From the NCBI RefSeq assembly GCF_022045235.1, contig NW_027266341.1:22320001-22384000 (forward strand): DNA of 64,000 bases, written 5' to 3'. The notes beneath the pieces were generated by a model, which saw nothing but the letters and a program-made list of their open reading frames with translations, did no database searches and was not told the origin of the DNA. Of this stretch, positions 49,866 through 62,358 are shown piece after piece (position 1 is the first letter of the stretch; each line of letters opens with the position of its first letter). Made by a program: the position numbers and the translations under genes. The DNA comes from Haliotis cracherodii. Taxonomy: Eukaryota.

Positions 49866-50044
49866 AGTAATATCGCATCATTCATTCCAATCAATCTGTT
49901 AAAAAACACACCTGCAGATTGGTTAAGTCAATGAGATATGAAATAAGAACTAGGTAGGAAAATGTCCACTATAACTGCCCCCAATAAAATTTCTGAACAA
50001 ATGTGATTTGATTTAATATTTCATATCCTAGAATATCAATATAT

Positions 50045-50309
50045 GTGAAGATCCAGCTTAGAATAGGTGTTCAGCATCCCATGCTTGCTGTAAAAGTCAA
50101 CTATGCTTATGTAAGAGGCGACTAACGGGATCAGGTGGTCAGGCTCACTGACTTGGTTGATGCATATCATTGTATCCCAATTGCTTGGATCGATGCTCAT
50201 GATATCAATCACTGGATTGTCTGGTCCAGATTTGAAGTATTACAGACTGCGGCCATATAGCTGGAATATTGCTGAGTGCGGCGTTCAACAGCAAACAAAC
50301 AAACAAACC
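50045..50309 (+). mobile_element. SINE family C
   Basis: GTGAAGATCCAGCTTAGAATAGG..GCTGAGTGCGGCGTTCAACAGCAAACAAAC. Confidence 0.9.
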
Positions 50310-50714
50310 ATACGAACTGATATTATATAACCTCAGAGTTGTCTAATTGCTAAATAGATGGTATGAGCAGGATGTTCATGGTACAGGATAATAATACAAG
50401 GCGCAATGATGTTCACAGCAAACTGAAGCACACAGGCCACCATTACTGGCCATTACAGTTTTTTGACTCCAGTCAGTTCACATGCACAATTTAAGTGTTG
50501 ATTATTCATGACATTGGCATTAATTGTCATATTTTGATGGAGATCACATGATTCTTATTTGTGTGCAAGTGATGCTTGCGTAATTGTTTTGTCTACTCAG
50601 TGGCAGATGGCAGTTGTACAATATGTAGGCCCATTCTCATTGTGTAGTCTGGTATTCATTGGTATTATCGTATGAAGGTGTTTACCATTTCCTGCCTCCT
50701 TTGGCTTGAACATC

Positions 50715-50853
50715 NNNNNNNNNNNNNNNNNNNNNNNNNNNNNNNNNNNNNNNNNNNNNNNNNNNNNNNNNNNNNNNNNNNNNNNNNNNNNNNNNNNNNN
50801 NNNNNNNNNNNNNNNNNNNNNNNNNNNNNNNNNNNNNNNNNNNNNNNNNNNNN
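50715..50853. other. Assembly gap (N run)
   Basis: Run of n. Confidence 1.
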
Positions 50854-51098
50854 TCCGGGTAGAGAATAGGTGTTCAGCAACCCATGCTTGTCGTAAGAGG
50901 CGGCTATGCTTGTCATAAGAGGCAACTAAAGGGATCGGATTGTCAGACTCACTGATTTGGTTGATGCATGTCATCGTATCCCAATTGTGTAGATCGATGC
51001 TCATGATGTCAATCACTGGATTGTCTTGTCCAGACTTGATTATTTACACTCACTCACTCACTCACTCACTCACTCACTCACTCACTCACTCACTCACT
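50854..51098 (+). mobile_element. SINE family C ending in (TCAC)n instead of its normal tail
   Basis: C body to GATTATTTACA, then ~13 TCAC units. Confidence 0.85.
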
Positions 51099-51204
51099 TG
51101 GCTTCCAATACACACAATATCAAAGCAAAAATATATATATACATATTATATACCAGTATATGTTTATTATGTTTGTTTACTGACATGTACTTTCATCCTT
51201 CTGG

Positions 51205-51372
51205 ATCGTGTCGTCGGGTAGCCTAGTGGTTAAAGCGTTCGCTCAGTCATGCCGAAGACCCGGGTTCGATTCCTGACATGGGTTCAATGTGTGAAGCCCA
51301 TTTCTGGTGTCCCTTGCCGTGATATTGCTGGAATATTGCTAAAAGCGGTGTAAACCCATACTCACTCACTCA
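51205..51372 (+). mobile_element. SINE family A, full length
   Basis: TSD ATCCTTCTGG at 51195-51204 and 51373-51382. Confidence 0.93.
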
Positions 51373-51693
51373 ATCCTTCTGGGCACCAATTCTATGCCTT
51401 GATTCTCATGCCCCATGGAGATTCCAATATTTGGAGAGCTCACAAAGTGGATCAGACACAAGCATTGTGGCTCATGATTTCAGTCACTAGTTTTCTTTGT
51501 CCAGATGTATTCACAAGTCGCTTTGATACAGCTCGAACATGGCAGACTCTCTCACAGTCATCCGATATATTTTGATATCTATTTGTAATATGTACAAACT
51601 ACCTTACTAAAGGAAACATTGATATGTCTTTGAATTGCATATAGAAGTGATACCCATAAGAAAGTTGGTAATGGATGTCAACTTCTTGACTAT

Positions 51694-51745
51694 GAGGAAC
51701 AACTGATGAAGGAGTAAGCACATGCTCCGAAACGTTATGTTTCTC
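51694..51745 (+). ncRNA. Minimal type I hammerhead ribozyme (Penelope-like-element type)
   Basis: Stem I GAGGAACA / TGTTTCTC; core CTGATGA(A) at 51703-51710; stem II GGAGT / GCTCC; GAAA at 51729-51732; palindromic AACGTT stem III; enclosed by a 13-bp IR at 51671-51683 / 51755-51767. Confidence 0.75.
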
Positions 51746-53438
51746 ACCGTAAATAGTTGACATCCATAATTCTCTCTCCAAGTTGTTTTTGTTTTAACCT
51801 CTCGGGTACCCATTATACAACATTGAAATCAAAATAATCATTTTGTCATCTTTTTGCCACATAAAACTCTGTAATGTTTTAATCTCATATTTGGTCAATC
51901 ATATACACATGAAAATGGTTTAGAAAAATATGTTTCAAATCATTTACTGTGTTTGTTGAAAACAACCGGCGTGAAATATGATGACAGTGGTGTATGTTTT
52001 CTGTGTCCTTTATATTATCAGCTGTGATGTATTGTAGACGAGGAACAAAGGTCAAGGTAGCTCTGATATTTGAGGAAACATATTTCTCACTAGATGTCAA
52101 TATCTGCTGTTTAGATTCAATACAAACTTATTTACATCTTTTTTTTCCACAAACTCTCCATAAATGCTCAATTTACCAATTAACAAGCATCCGTCTAATG
52201 CTATTTGCCCTAAACTATTTCTACTGGAGCACACATTGTCCTTTCAGAGAGAAACCTGCAGGTGGACAATTTCCCATCAAGTACATGAATTTCTTCACGA
52301 ACATTCACCAAGCTGTTGCGAGCAAATAATTCCATTTCCGACAATTATGGGACAAGACAGTATTTATATGAATTATTTGATATTCCTTGTTCGAACTCAT
52401 CTTTGGAAGCTAACAGACCCATTTCTGACAACTTTTATACGAAATGGATTAATTCTGAGGCCATGATTCGAGAGTCGTGCATTGTTTCTTGTTGTTGATA
52501 ACAAATTGTCTTTAGATCATTATCGATCAGATGGTGCTAAATGTGGCATGGCGGGCTTCCTGAGTGTTTTCTTTTCAAGAATATGAAAAGATGCAATGTG
52601 TGGACAATATTGGAATACGGTTCTACATACAATAAGGGTTATCATGACAGGTCTTGGAATTAGTTATAAAAACACTTGACATTCTTGTTGAGAAATTCTC
52701 TCATGGTGTCACCACTAACAATCGTCACCACTAACAATCGACCGTTAACAAGTTCGGCAGTATTGCTTCTTGGCTTAAAAGTTATGTATTTTTTTCAGCT
52801 GTAAGAAAAATTAATTGTTAGACAATGTTAAAAATATACTCACAATAAATGTAAAATTGAAAGTAAATTTCCACTTGAAGTCTCAATATAGTTTTATCTC
52901 AAACTTTTGCTGATAATAATGTACAAAATAAGATTTCTGTTCAAATTGATTTTTTAAATTGATTATCAATTTTTTTGTAGTTGTTCAGTTTGAGAAACTT
53001 TAGAGTACATGTCTCTTGGTGCACAGTCTGAATTATAGATTGACAATAATCAAGTTTGGCAGAAAGACAAATTTTATATGAGTACTGGTCACCAGACCGT
53101 TTAAGTCTTCTATAACTTCATAAGGGGTAACACAGCATGATAAATATATTTCTGTAAACTAATTTTCATTTTTATTCTGATGTACCACTGTGGTTGTGGA
53201 TGTTTCCGGGAATTGTCCCTGTTTGTGTCAGTGGCCAACTTCTTGGCATGTTTTCAGTTTCTTGTTGCAATGAAGGGTCTGAGACACAGAAAGGAGACAA
53301 AACTTGAATTAAAGTGTGTTTGATTTTAAGTATTACTTAGCAACTAAATTCGCTTTAGGTGTGGTTTTATCCTACTAATATTCCTTGTAATATCTTTGTG
53401 TTTAGTTGTTATTGCCCTGCCTGACACAGGGATAAAGG

Positions 53439-53604
53439 GGGCGGTCGGGTAGCCTATTGGTTAAAGCGTTCGCTTGTCACGCCGAAGACCCGGGTTCGAT
53501 TCCCGACATGGGTACAATGTGTGAAGCCCATTTCTGGTGTCCCCCGCTGTGATATTGCTGGAATATTGCTAAAAGCGGCGTAAAACCATACTCACTCACT
53601 CACT
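53439..53604 (+). mobile_element. SINE family A, full length, young
   Basis: TSD CACAGGGATAAAGG at 53425-53438 and 53605-53618; head GTCACGCCGAAGACCCGGGTTCGATTCCCGAC is tRNA-Asp(GTC)-like. Confidence 0.95.
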
Positions 53605-53624
53605 CACAGGGATAAAGGAAGTAC

Positions 53625-53825
53625 TGGTGGTCTCAGAGTCTGTGTACTGTATTTGTGTGGAATCTCCATGTAAAAGCTGAGGCATGGTATCTGTGTACCA
53701 CTATAAAACCTGCATTAGTCCTGACCAGTACAAGGATACACACATACATACATGCACCTATGTTGCAATATAAGTGCAATACTCTTGAAACGCAATGTTA
53801 AACCACATTTCACTTCACCTCACCC
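53625..53825 (+). mobile_element. SINE D 3' fragment
   Basis: CACTATAAAACC..AGTACAAG..ATAAGTGCAATACTCTTGAAACGCAATGTTAAACCACATTTCAC. Confidence 0.7.
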
Positions 53826-53899
53826 CAGAAAAAACTACTTCAAATCACTTGGAGGAATGTTAACGACAAAATGTTTTCTCAATTTTCCAACATTTTTGG

Positions 53900-54170
53900 T
53901 TGGTTGGTTTGTTTGTTTGTTGTTTAACGCCGCACTCAGCAATATTCCAGCTATATGACGGCGGTCTGTAAATAATCGAGTCTGGACCAGACAATCCAGT
54001 GATTAATATCATGAGCATCAATCCACGCAATTGGGATTGATGACGTGCATCAACCAAGTCAGCGAGGCTGACCACCCGATCCCGTTAGTCGCCTTTTACA
54101 ACAAGCATAGTTGCCTTTTACGGCAAGCATGGGTTGCTGAAGACCTATTCTACCCCGGAATCTTCACGGA
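53900..54170 (-). mobile_element. SINE family C, full length
   Basis: 15-bp TSD TTCCAACATTTTTGG at 53885-53899 and 54171-54185; 5' end TCCGTGAAGATTCCGGGGTAG. Confidence 0.94.
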
Positions 54171-54673
54171 TTCCAACATTTTTGGCCCCAGCCATTATTC
54201 ACTTGGTGTTCGTTTCCCTTTTTTTATGTTCACCAGTGTATTTAGTTCTTATATTTACTGCTTTCATGTGATATCACTTGGTAAAGGGTACGAAATGTGA
54301 GAAATATAGTCAAGATCATAAGATTATCAATCATAAATTGATTACTATGTCTATAATCAAGGGATATAATCACCCCCATACCCCTGGCATAATCATTCTC
54401 ACATTCCAGGCATAATCAATTACCGTATGTATTATTCTTAAAATCTGAAACGGAAATAAAACATTAGATCTGAATTCCCGACAAATTGAGACCAGACAAC
54501 CATCAGTTATAAAATCGGCAGCTATGAACATCTGTGAAGAATTTAAACCTTTTTACTGAAACTCATTCCCATAGTATTAAAAACAGACAAAAAAAATGTT
54601 TCGGAGTGGCATCTTCTTTGAAAGGGAAATGACTGTACATTCAAAGTGCACAATTTTAATGATTTGTAAATAG

Positions 54674-54834
54674 TGAGTGAGTATGGTTTTACGCCGCTTT
54701 TACCAATATTCCAGCAATATCATGGCGGGGGACAGCAGAAATGGGCTTCACACATTGTACTCATATCAGGAATCGAACCCAGGTCTTAGGTGTGACGAGC
54801 GAATGCTTTAACCACTAGGCTACCCGACCGCCCC
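54674..54834 (-). mobile_element. SINE family A, full length
   Basis: TSD GATTTGTAAATAG at 54661-54673 and 54835-54847. Confidence 0.94.
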
Positions 54835-55208
54835 GATTTGTAAATAGGATCTTACACCAAGGTACAGTCTAGAAATAGCAATAAGGATGGAAAAATATAC
54901 AGGGGCCTTCTTTGTTCTAAGTCATGGAATTAAAAGCAACAAAACCCTTTCCATAATCATGAGAAATCTCTGCTAAAAGTGGAGCCCATTGTACAATTAC
55001 AACTTGATCCAGGCATGTGTGATGGTCTGGTTCACTTTGAATGGATATCTGGTCATGGAAACATTAAGTTATGGCCACTGAAAGAATAAGTCATGGACAC
55101 TGAAACATTAAGTTATGAACACTGAAATATTAAGTTATGGATGCTGAAAGATTAAGTCAAACATTAAGACTTGATTACTGCAGTGCTGCATTTTGCAACA
55201 AACAAATA

Positions 55209-55560
55209 CCATATTGGACGTAAGAAGCGCCCAGGGTGCTTTCAAAATTAGAAATAGGGGGCTCTTATTAGAATATTGTTTTGGTGAAAAGTTGAAAACA
55301 GTTGAAAGATAAATTTCGTGGTTTGGCTGACAGCCTGAAATGTTTATATACGACAGATATATTTTTCCAGAATTTAATTGCCCATAACTGAGGGTGCATA
55401 TTACACACAGGTGCGTATTATACATGAATAAATAGGTCTTGTGTACATTGTTCAATCGGAAGGGGTGCTCATTGGGACTGTTCACTAGCCAATAGTTCAC
55501 TATTAGCAAATATCGCCGTGGGCGCTTATTAGAGTGGGGCACTTATTACGTCGAATACGG
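55209..55560. mobile_element. MITE family F
   Basis: TA|CCATATTGGACGTAAGAAGCGCCC..GGGCACTTATTACGTCGAATACGG|TA. Confidence 0.9.
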
Positions 55561-56574
55561 TACTTACTTTTTTATGCAAAATGTGTGTGGTGGGTGTTAC
55601 CGGTAGGGCAGGACATGCTAACACTAACAAATTTATTACTGTGTTCAAGAGGGGCGGTCGGGTACACTAGTGGTTGAAGCCTTCCCTGGTCATGCTGAAG
55701 ACCTGGGTCACCTGGTGTGATTTCAGTGATCCATTCATATATTTTTTCACTACTATTTTGCTTTTTATGCTCAATGGAATCTGTTTCGGCAGAGAATCAA
55801 AATTGATTATTTTTTGGCATTAACATTTTTTTTTAATAAATCATCAAATAGTGATACATGTACCTAGTGTTCATTAAGTTTAATGTTTTTTAATTGTCTG
55901 ACCTTTTATATATGAATATTATTCAGACAGATGTTGATAATGTTCAATAAACAAAGAGTTCATTATTACTTTATGTTTTAAAAATACCTATAAAGTTGAT
56001 CCTAAACTACTGGTAAACATGCTTCAGATCAAATGACTTTTTGAGATCACCACTTCAAAATAAAGTCTCACATCTTTATTCAATTTTATTAAAATTTGAC
56101 ATCTGGTTTCAATTGGGTTGTTCTGGACAAAGAAGTGCTTTTCTCATGGCCATACAGCAGTATTTAAGACATATTAGGAAGTGTTATATAACTGGAGCAC
56201 TTATGAACAGCTGTTGCTATGTAGAGGAGAGGAATTATAGACATGGCGACTGCACTCACTTAGTAGCTTATATATTGCTCAACGTTTTATAAGGATTTTC
56301 TTATTATTCCAATATGCTCCAAACTGATCACTTATCAAATGTTAATAGCATGAACTATCGCAGTACCCACAGTAACTGGAGTCTCGGAGGTGACTTATAT
56401 ATACTGCTCAACATGAATTATAACTGAGTCATCATAAATTGAATTTGGAGCTGAAACTAGAACTGAATTATGACACAAGTCTAGTCCCCATTTGTAAAAA
56501 CAGGCATCAAAAAGAGAAAGATGTGGATTTGCCGTTAAGAGACACCTCATTAACACTGAAACATTTTGTCTTGT

Positions 56575-57121
56575 ACTCTGAAACATTAAGTTTAATGGAC
56601 ACAAATACATTAGTGTTGTTAACACTGAAACATTAAATTATGGACATTGAAACATTAACTTATGGACATGGGAACATTAAGTAATGGACACTGAACATTA
56701 AGTCATGGACACTGAAATATTAAGTCATGGACAGTGAATCATTAACTTATGGACACTGAAACATTAAATCATGGAAACTGAAACAATAAGTTTTGGACAT
56801 GGGAACATTAAGTAATGGACACTGAACATAAAGTCATGGACACTGAAATATTAAGTCATGGACAGTGAATCATTAAATTATGGAAACTGAAACAATAAAT
56901 TATGGACATGGAAACATTAAGATATAGACACTTAAACAATAAATTATGGACATGGAAACATTAAGATATAGACACTGAAACAATAAGTTATGGACATGGA
57001 AACATTAAGTCACGGACACTGAAATATTAAGTCATAGACAATGAGTCATTAAATTATGGAAACTGAAACAATAAATTATGGACATGGAAACATTAAGTTA
57101 TAGACACTAAAACATTAAGTT
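56575..57121. repeat. 22-bp minisatellite (GAAACATTAAGTTATGGACACT); short sister array at ~55050-55170
   Basis: Direct periodicity. Confidence 0.9.
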
Positions 57122-57189
57122 GAATTTCTTGATGTCTTATAAGGACTATATGTTCCCTTCATGGTTGAACACCATAACTGATCAATGAG

Positions 57190-57333
57190 AGGTTGGGTAG
57201 CCTTGTTGTCTGTCAAAGGCCAAGGTTTGATTTCCAATATGTGTACAGTATGTGAAGCCTATTTCTTGTGTCCGTCACCATGATACTGCTGGAATATTGC
57301 TAAATATGTATAAAACCAACTCACTCATTCACT
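57190..57333 (+). mobile_element. SINE family A, old diverged copy
   Basis: GGGTAGCC..GTGAAGCCTATTTCTTGTGTCC..GCTGGAATATTGCTAAA..AACTCACTCATTCAC. Confidence 0.75.
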
Positions 57334-58099
57334 AAATGCGAAGTATAAAAACAAATAATGAAAACTTGAAAAAGGAGTTGTATTTGTTCTATCATTATAA
57401 ATGTAGTAGAATATCATGGTAGGTGTGAAGACATGCCAAGGGCTTCTTTTAGAACTTGAATTTTCTTTTTGTAATTCGACATTCCCGTTCTTTCATCTAT
57501 GCATGTGCGGAGACAGAAGGTGATTGACATTCATGACAAGACCACTAAAGTAGTTTTTCCTTCCATGATGAAAATAGCTTTGTCTTTGACATACCACACT
57601 GGTGTAAAAAATAACAGAACAGTTTTGTAAGATAATAATCATTGCTTGATGATAATGTGAACTCTGTGACCTGTCTTGGTAATGGTGATTTTATCTAGAT
57701 TTAATACAGTCCCAAAAGCCATTTACAGCTAATTCAACATTACCAATGCAATTTTTCATTTCCCCATTGATTATAGAACAATTTGTCCATCGCCAGCCCA
57801 AATAAATGAGCTAAAAAATACTCATTTCCTAACGAGAAAGTTTGCTGTAGGATAATCAGGTGGAGAAATTGGGTAATTCAGACATTTTGTTTGCTCTACA
57901 CTCATGCAAAAAACCTTGTAAAATGTGGTTATTTTATTTGCCAAATCAACAAAGATGAGACTTTGTCTTGTTCCTCACATATAACTGTCATGATGTTGAT
58001 TTGGTCACATCAGAAAATCTCGCAGGTTGTTTTGTTTAACACTTGTGTGTCAGTCAAATAATTGCATTGTCAGTTAGCACTGCAGCAATGGATTGCAAA

Positions 58100-58960
58100 T
58101 AATTGTGGCATAGTGGGCATTGCATAAATAGATTGTATTGCTGAATAATGGACATTGTATAAATAGATTGTATTGCTGAATAATGGACATTGTATAAATA
58201 GGTTATATTGCCGAATAATGGACATTGTATAAATAGATTGTATTGCTTAATGAGCATTGTATAAGTAGGTTGTATTGCTGAGTAATGGACATTGTATAAA
58301 TAGATTGTATTGCTGAATAATGGACATTGTATAAATAGGTTATATTGCCGAATAATGGACATTGTATAAATAGATTGTATTGCTTAATGAGCATTGTATA
58401 AATAGGTTGTATTGCTGAGTAATGGACATTGTATAAATAGTTTGTATTCCTGAATAATGGACAGTGTATAAATAGGCTGTATTGCTGAATAATGGACATT
58501 GTATAAATAGATTGTATTGCTGAATAATGGACATTGTGTAAATAGATTGTATTGCTGAATAGTGGACATTATATAAATAGATTGTATTGCTGAATAATGG
58601 AAATTGTATAAATAGATTGTATTGCTGAATAATGGACATTGTATAAATAGATTGTATTGCTGAATAATGGACATTGTATAAATACAATTTATTGCTGGAT
58701 AATGAGCATTATATTGCTGAATACTGGGTGTTGTGTGATGAGTTATGTTGCTGAAAAGTGGGTGTTTTATGAATAGATTGTATCAGTGAAAAGTGGGTGT
58801 TACATGAATAGATTGTATCAGTGAAAAGTGGGTGTTACATGAATAGATTGTATCAGTGAAAAGTGGGTGTTTTATGAATAGATTGTATCAGTGAAAAGTG
58901 GGTGTTATATGAATAGATTGTATCGGTGAAAAGTGGGTGTTGTGTGATAAGTTGTATTGC
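58100..58960. repeat. 35-bp minisatellite (TGTATAAATAGATTGTATTGCTGAATAATGGACAT) grading into a related 35-bp variant after ~58750
   Basis: Direct periodicity; shared AATAGATTGTAT core. Confidence 0.93.
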
Positions 58961-59068
58961 TTAGAATATATTTGTGGAAATATATTATATTTGTTATGAC
59001 ATATTACATTTTGCAGAAGTGTATCACTTTTGGATTTTAACATACTAAACTTGATCGATATATATATA

Positions 59069-59240
59069 CAGTAAACTACGGTTATAACGAACTCAAAGGG
59101 ACCACTAATTTCAGTTCGTTATAACCGTAGTTTGTTATAAGCATATATACAGCATAACTACAGCAAATAGTCGGGACAAAAAAGTAAGTTTGTTATATCC
59201 GTCAGTTCATTATAAGCGTGTTCATTATAAACGTAGTTTA

Positions 59241-59243
<3 letters not shown>
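59069..59243. mobile_element. MITE family G inside (TA)n
   Basis: TIR CAGTAAACTACGGTTATAACGAAC / GTTCATTATAAACGTAGTTTACTG flanked by TA repeats. Confidence 0.9.
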
Positions 59244-59282
<39 letters not shown>

Positions 59283-60713
59283 CACCTCGTGCAGTGTGAT
59301 ATAGCTTGATACATATCAATTTTCTTAAAATGTAATTCTAGTATTTATTATTATTTCAATCAAAACCTTAATATATCCCCTCAATAACTTAACATTCTGA
59401 TAGCACTCCAAAGTAGTCTGATATTGGTACACGATACGATGGTATGTATTTCTAGTTGGTATAGCGTTCTGTGTACCCAGATATTCATTATTTTTGTAAT
59501 TTGCAACACTGACTATCACTGTCATTTTGTGAATGTTCTCTCTAAGATGGATTGAAAACTTTACAGTTCAAGTTTGATTGAGAGTTTTATCTTTGAACAA
59601 ATTACACATTGATTACGCAGCATCGATCTTAGTTTTCGGCTTTTCATTCGGAATCTGCTAGGTCAAATTTAAATTTGAAAATGTCAATTTTGACATCAAA
59701 ATCTCAGCTGGTGGCAAATTGAATTTTCGAAGGTATTTTTTCCACATGTTTTTCATTGATTTCTGTTCTTTTGGAGAGTCATTTAAATAAAGTTTAACCT
59801 TTTATTAAAAATTCTTTGAAAAATCAATGGTTAAACTTGTTTGAATTCTGAAGTATTCAATAACATGTACATATCTTCTTTTGTTCAGTTAACAAAGGAT
59901 TACTACATGAAATTTGAAATTTTAATTTATCTAAAAGAAATCTTCACTTTATCCATTGAGCAGATTATTGCAACCAGCTACTCAAGCCTTAGAGATTTAA
60001 ACAGCAAATCTGGGTTTGCCAGTCTTTTGAAATTCCTTCTCTTCTCTCAATTGGTTCAATATACAGTTTTCAAGTTAGCTATTGTCGCATCCTGTCGTCA
60101 ATGGCAAAATGTGTAATCTATACCAAAACACTCTAAAGTGTTGACCAGTTTCCTTTTTTCGCCACATCATTGATTAATTCATACCTGTCAATCATTCACA
60201 TATTTTGACGATATTGAAAGTAAAATTCACACCCTTTAAACCAACTTCCTGAGTCAATAACTGATTGCCTGCACTGTCTATTGGTAAATATCATGTTGTC
60301 ATGTTGCAGCCATATTTGTTGATAGACAACAGACACAGGGTCGGAGCAGAGTCACTTCGAGGAAAATATTAGCAAAGACTGATGTAATGGGTGTATGTGA
60401 AACTGTTGACAGTCGTGGTTGACATTGACATGTGTGTACAGAAAATACAAAGAGTGAGAGAAGAAGAAAAATGGATGTTAAAAACATGGTAGACATGTGC
60501 TTATCAAACATTAATACGCTAGAAATTGTTGTAAATGGAAACATGGGTCTGCAGCTGTCAGATGAAGATGGGGATGTAATGGTGTTTGCCTGGTTAAGTG
60601 GTATATATTTAGTTATGGCTCGTGTTGGTTTGCTGTTAAACATACACTGTTGGAGAATGGTGTTTTAGTGTTTCGCATGAGCATGAAATTAAGGTTTTAT
60701 ATTGGTCAACAAT

Positions 60714-60979
60714 AATTTGGTTGGTTGGTTGTTTAACGCCGCACTCAGCAATATTCCAGCTATATGATGGCGGTCTGTAAATAATCGAGGCTGGACCAAA
60801 CAATCCAGTGATTAATATCATGAGTATCGTTCCACGCAATTGGGATCGATGACATGCATCAACCAAGTCAGCGAGCCTGACCACCCGATCCTGTTAGTCG
60901 CCTCTTATGACAAACATAGTCGCCTTTTATGGCAAGCATATGTTGCTGAAGACCTAGTCTATTCGGATCTTCACGGGTC
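60714..60979 (-). mobile_element. SINE family C, full length
   Basis: TSD TGGTCAACAAT at 60703-60713 and 60980-60990; 5' end GACCCGTGAAGATCCG. Confidence 0.93.
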
Positions 60980-60990
60980 TGGTCAACAAT

Positions 60991-61165
60991 GAGGTGAAGT
61001 GATATGGAGTTTTACATCGCAGTCAAGATTATTGTAATTTTTTTAGGTTCGGGTGTGTGTCTGCTTGTACTTAGTCCAGACTTACGTCACTTTTTACAGT
61101 GCCCATTAGGATACATGCCACAGTTTAACATGGTTGCTCCACTCACTATGCTGAATCCAAGCTGT
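60991..61165 (-). mobile_element. SINE D 3' fragment
   Basis: GAGGTGAAGTG..CAAGATTATTG..TGCTTGTACTTAGTCCAGAC..ATGCCACAGTTTAACATG. Confidence 0.65.
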
Positions 61166-61849
61166 GCAATAGACAATAGATGATGATGGTATATGACCAT
61201 GAAGATGACAATATAAGTTGTAGCAGGATTACTCCGGGTACAAATTTATCTTACAGACATTGTTTAATATTTTAAAAGAATTTAGGACAATTTCAAAATT
61301 GATAGAAAACAGTCTATAATGGTTGTTTGAGTGGAGGTTAGCTTGTGCTATGTCACATGGCTCTCGTTGACTCGAAAAAAGGGTGCAGCTTTTTACTTCT
61401 AACCAGGGGTATAAAGGATTTATTCGGCCTTTCAGAAATCCATGTGCAGCCAATCTTGCTCGTGGGGGGTATAAGGGATTTATTCTACTGCTTAGAAATA
61501 TATTTCCCTCCAAGGCGGGATACATAGTATTTGATCAAGATCACATGGACCAATCAGATTTCATCACTCTGACATGGGATGATAATGGGAATTGTTAGGA
61601 AATAGTTGTAGTTGAAGATTGTTTTAACAATGTTGGTATAAGTATGACAATTGTGATGGTTATGATTATGAAAAGGATGATGGTGATGACAATGATGATG
61701 ACGGTGGTGATATTTGGGAACGGGATAACATGGTAGCAGACATTGATGACGACATCAATGTTATAAACGATGAAAATATAGATGTGGTCTTCAAGGAATG
61801 GAATGATGGCAGTCATCATGAATAATGATAGTGCTGAATAATACCCGGT

Positions 61850-61924
61850 AATAATAATGATGATGATGATGATGATGATGATGACAACAACAATAATAAT
61901 AACAACAACAACAATAATAATAAT
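61850..61924. repeat. Compound (AAT)n(GAT)n(AAC)n microsatellite
   Basis: Direct reading. Confidence 0.9.
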
Positions 61925-62194
61925 GTTTTATTCCTCATAATAAAGAAGCTGGCATCTATAAATTCTCTTCGTCAGATCAGATTCTATAAATTACTTTCCT
62001 GAAAAGTAATAATATTTTCAACTCATTGAAATAGATAGTATCATAATGACCAGACATCTTGTGTCTGGGTCATCAGTGTCAACACAGTACTCCTGTGGCT
62101 AGACAACATCTACATCACTGTTCAAACAGGATCAGATGGCTAAATTACCTGGGCCCAGAGTTGCAGTCCTTACTTGCCGTGTTCAAGTGATAGG

Positions 62195-62358
62195 CCAATT
62201 CTCAGTGCACAGCTTTGTCTGTCAGGTGTGCCAGAAACCTATGATCATAGGTTCGAAACACAGACTCACCCTTGTTATGGTTCTCGTTTTGTCAGATTGT
62301 TTTCACCAAAGTGGTAATCATATTGTACTTGCATTGCATTGGGCTCTCCTCCCCCATT
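62195..62358 (+). mobile_element. Old SINE B copy running into the gap
   Basis: GCCAGAAACCTATGATCATAGGTTCGAA..TTTCACCAAAGTGGTAA..GGGCTCTCCTCCC. Confidence 0.7.

Noticed and set aside
50597-51016. ORFs spanning the N gaps (also 62136-62562)
   Set aside because: Artefacts of translating assembly gaps
51880-52660. Possible decayed transposase or retroelement coding sequence next to the hammerhead
   Set aside because: No recognisable RT, GIY-YIG or DDE motif in the frames examined
53439-53512. Functional tRNA genes in the A, B and D heads
   Set aside because: Acceptor stems do not close; heads run into SINE bodies bounded by TSDs
54050-54170. HDV-like or hammerhead ribozyme in the antisense of the SINE C head (CTGAAGA; GTCG-CCTCTTA-CGAC; GATCCCGT/ACGG pairing)
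   Set aside because: No GAAA after the putative stem II for a hammerhead, and no convincing P1 helix for an HDV fold
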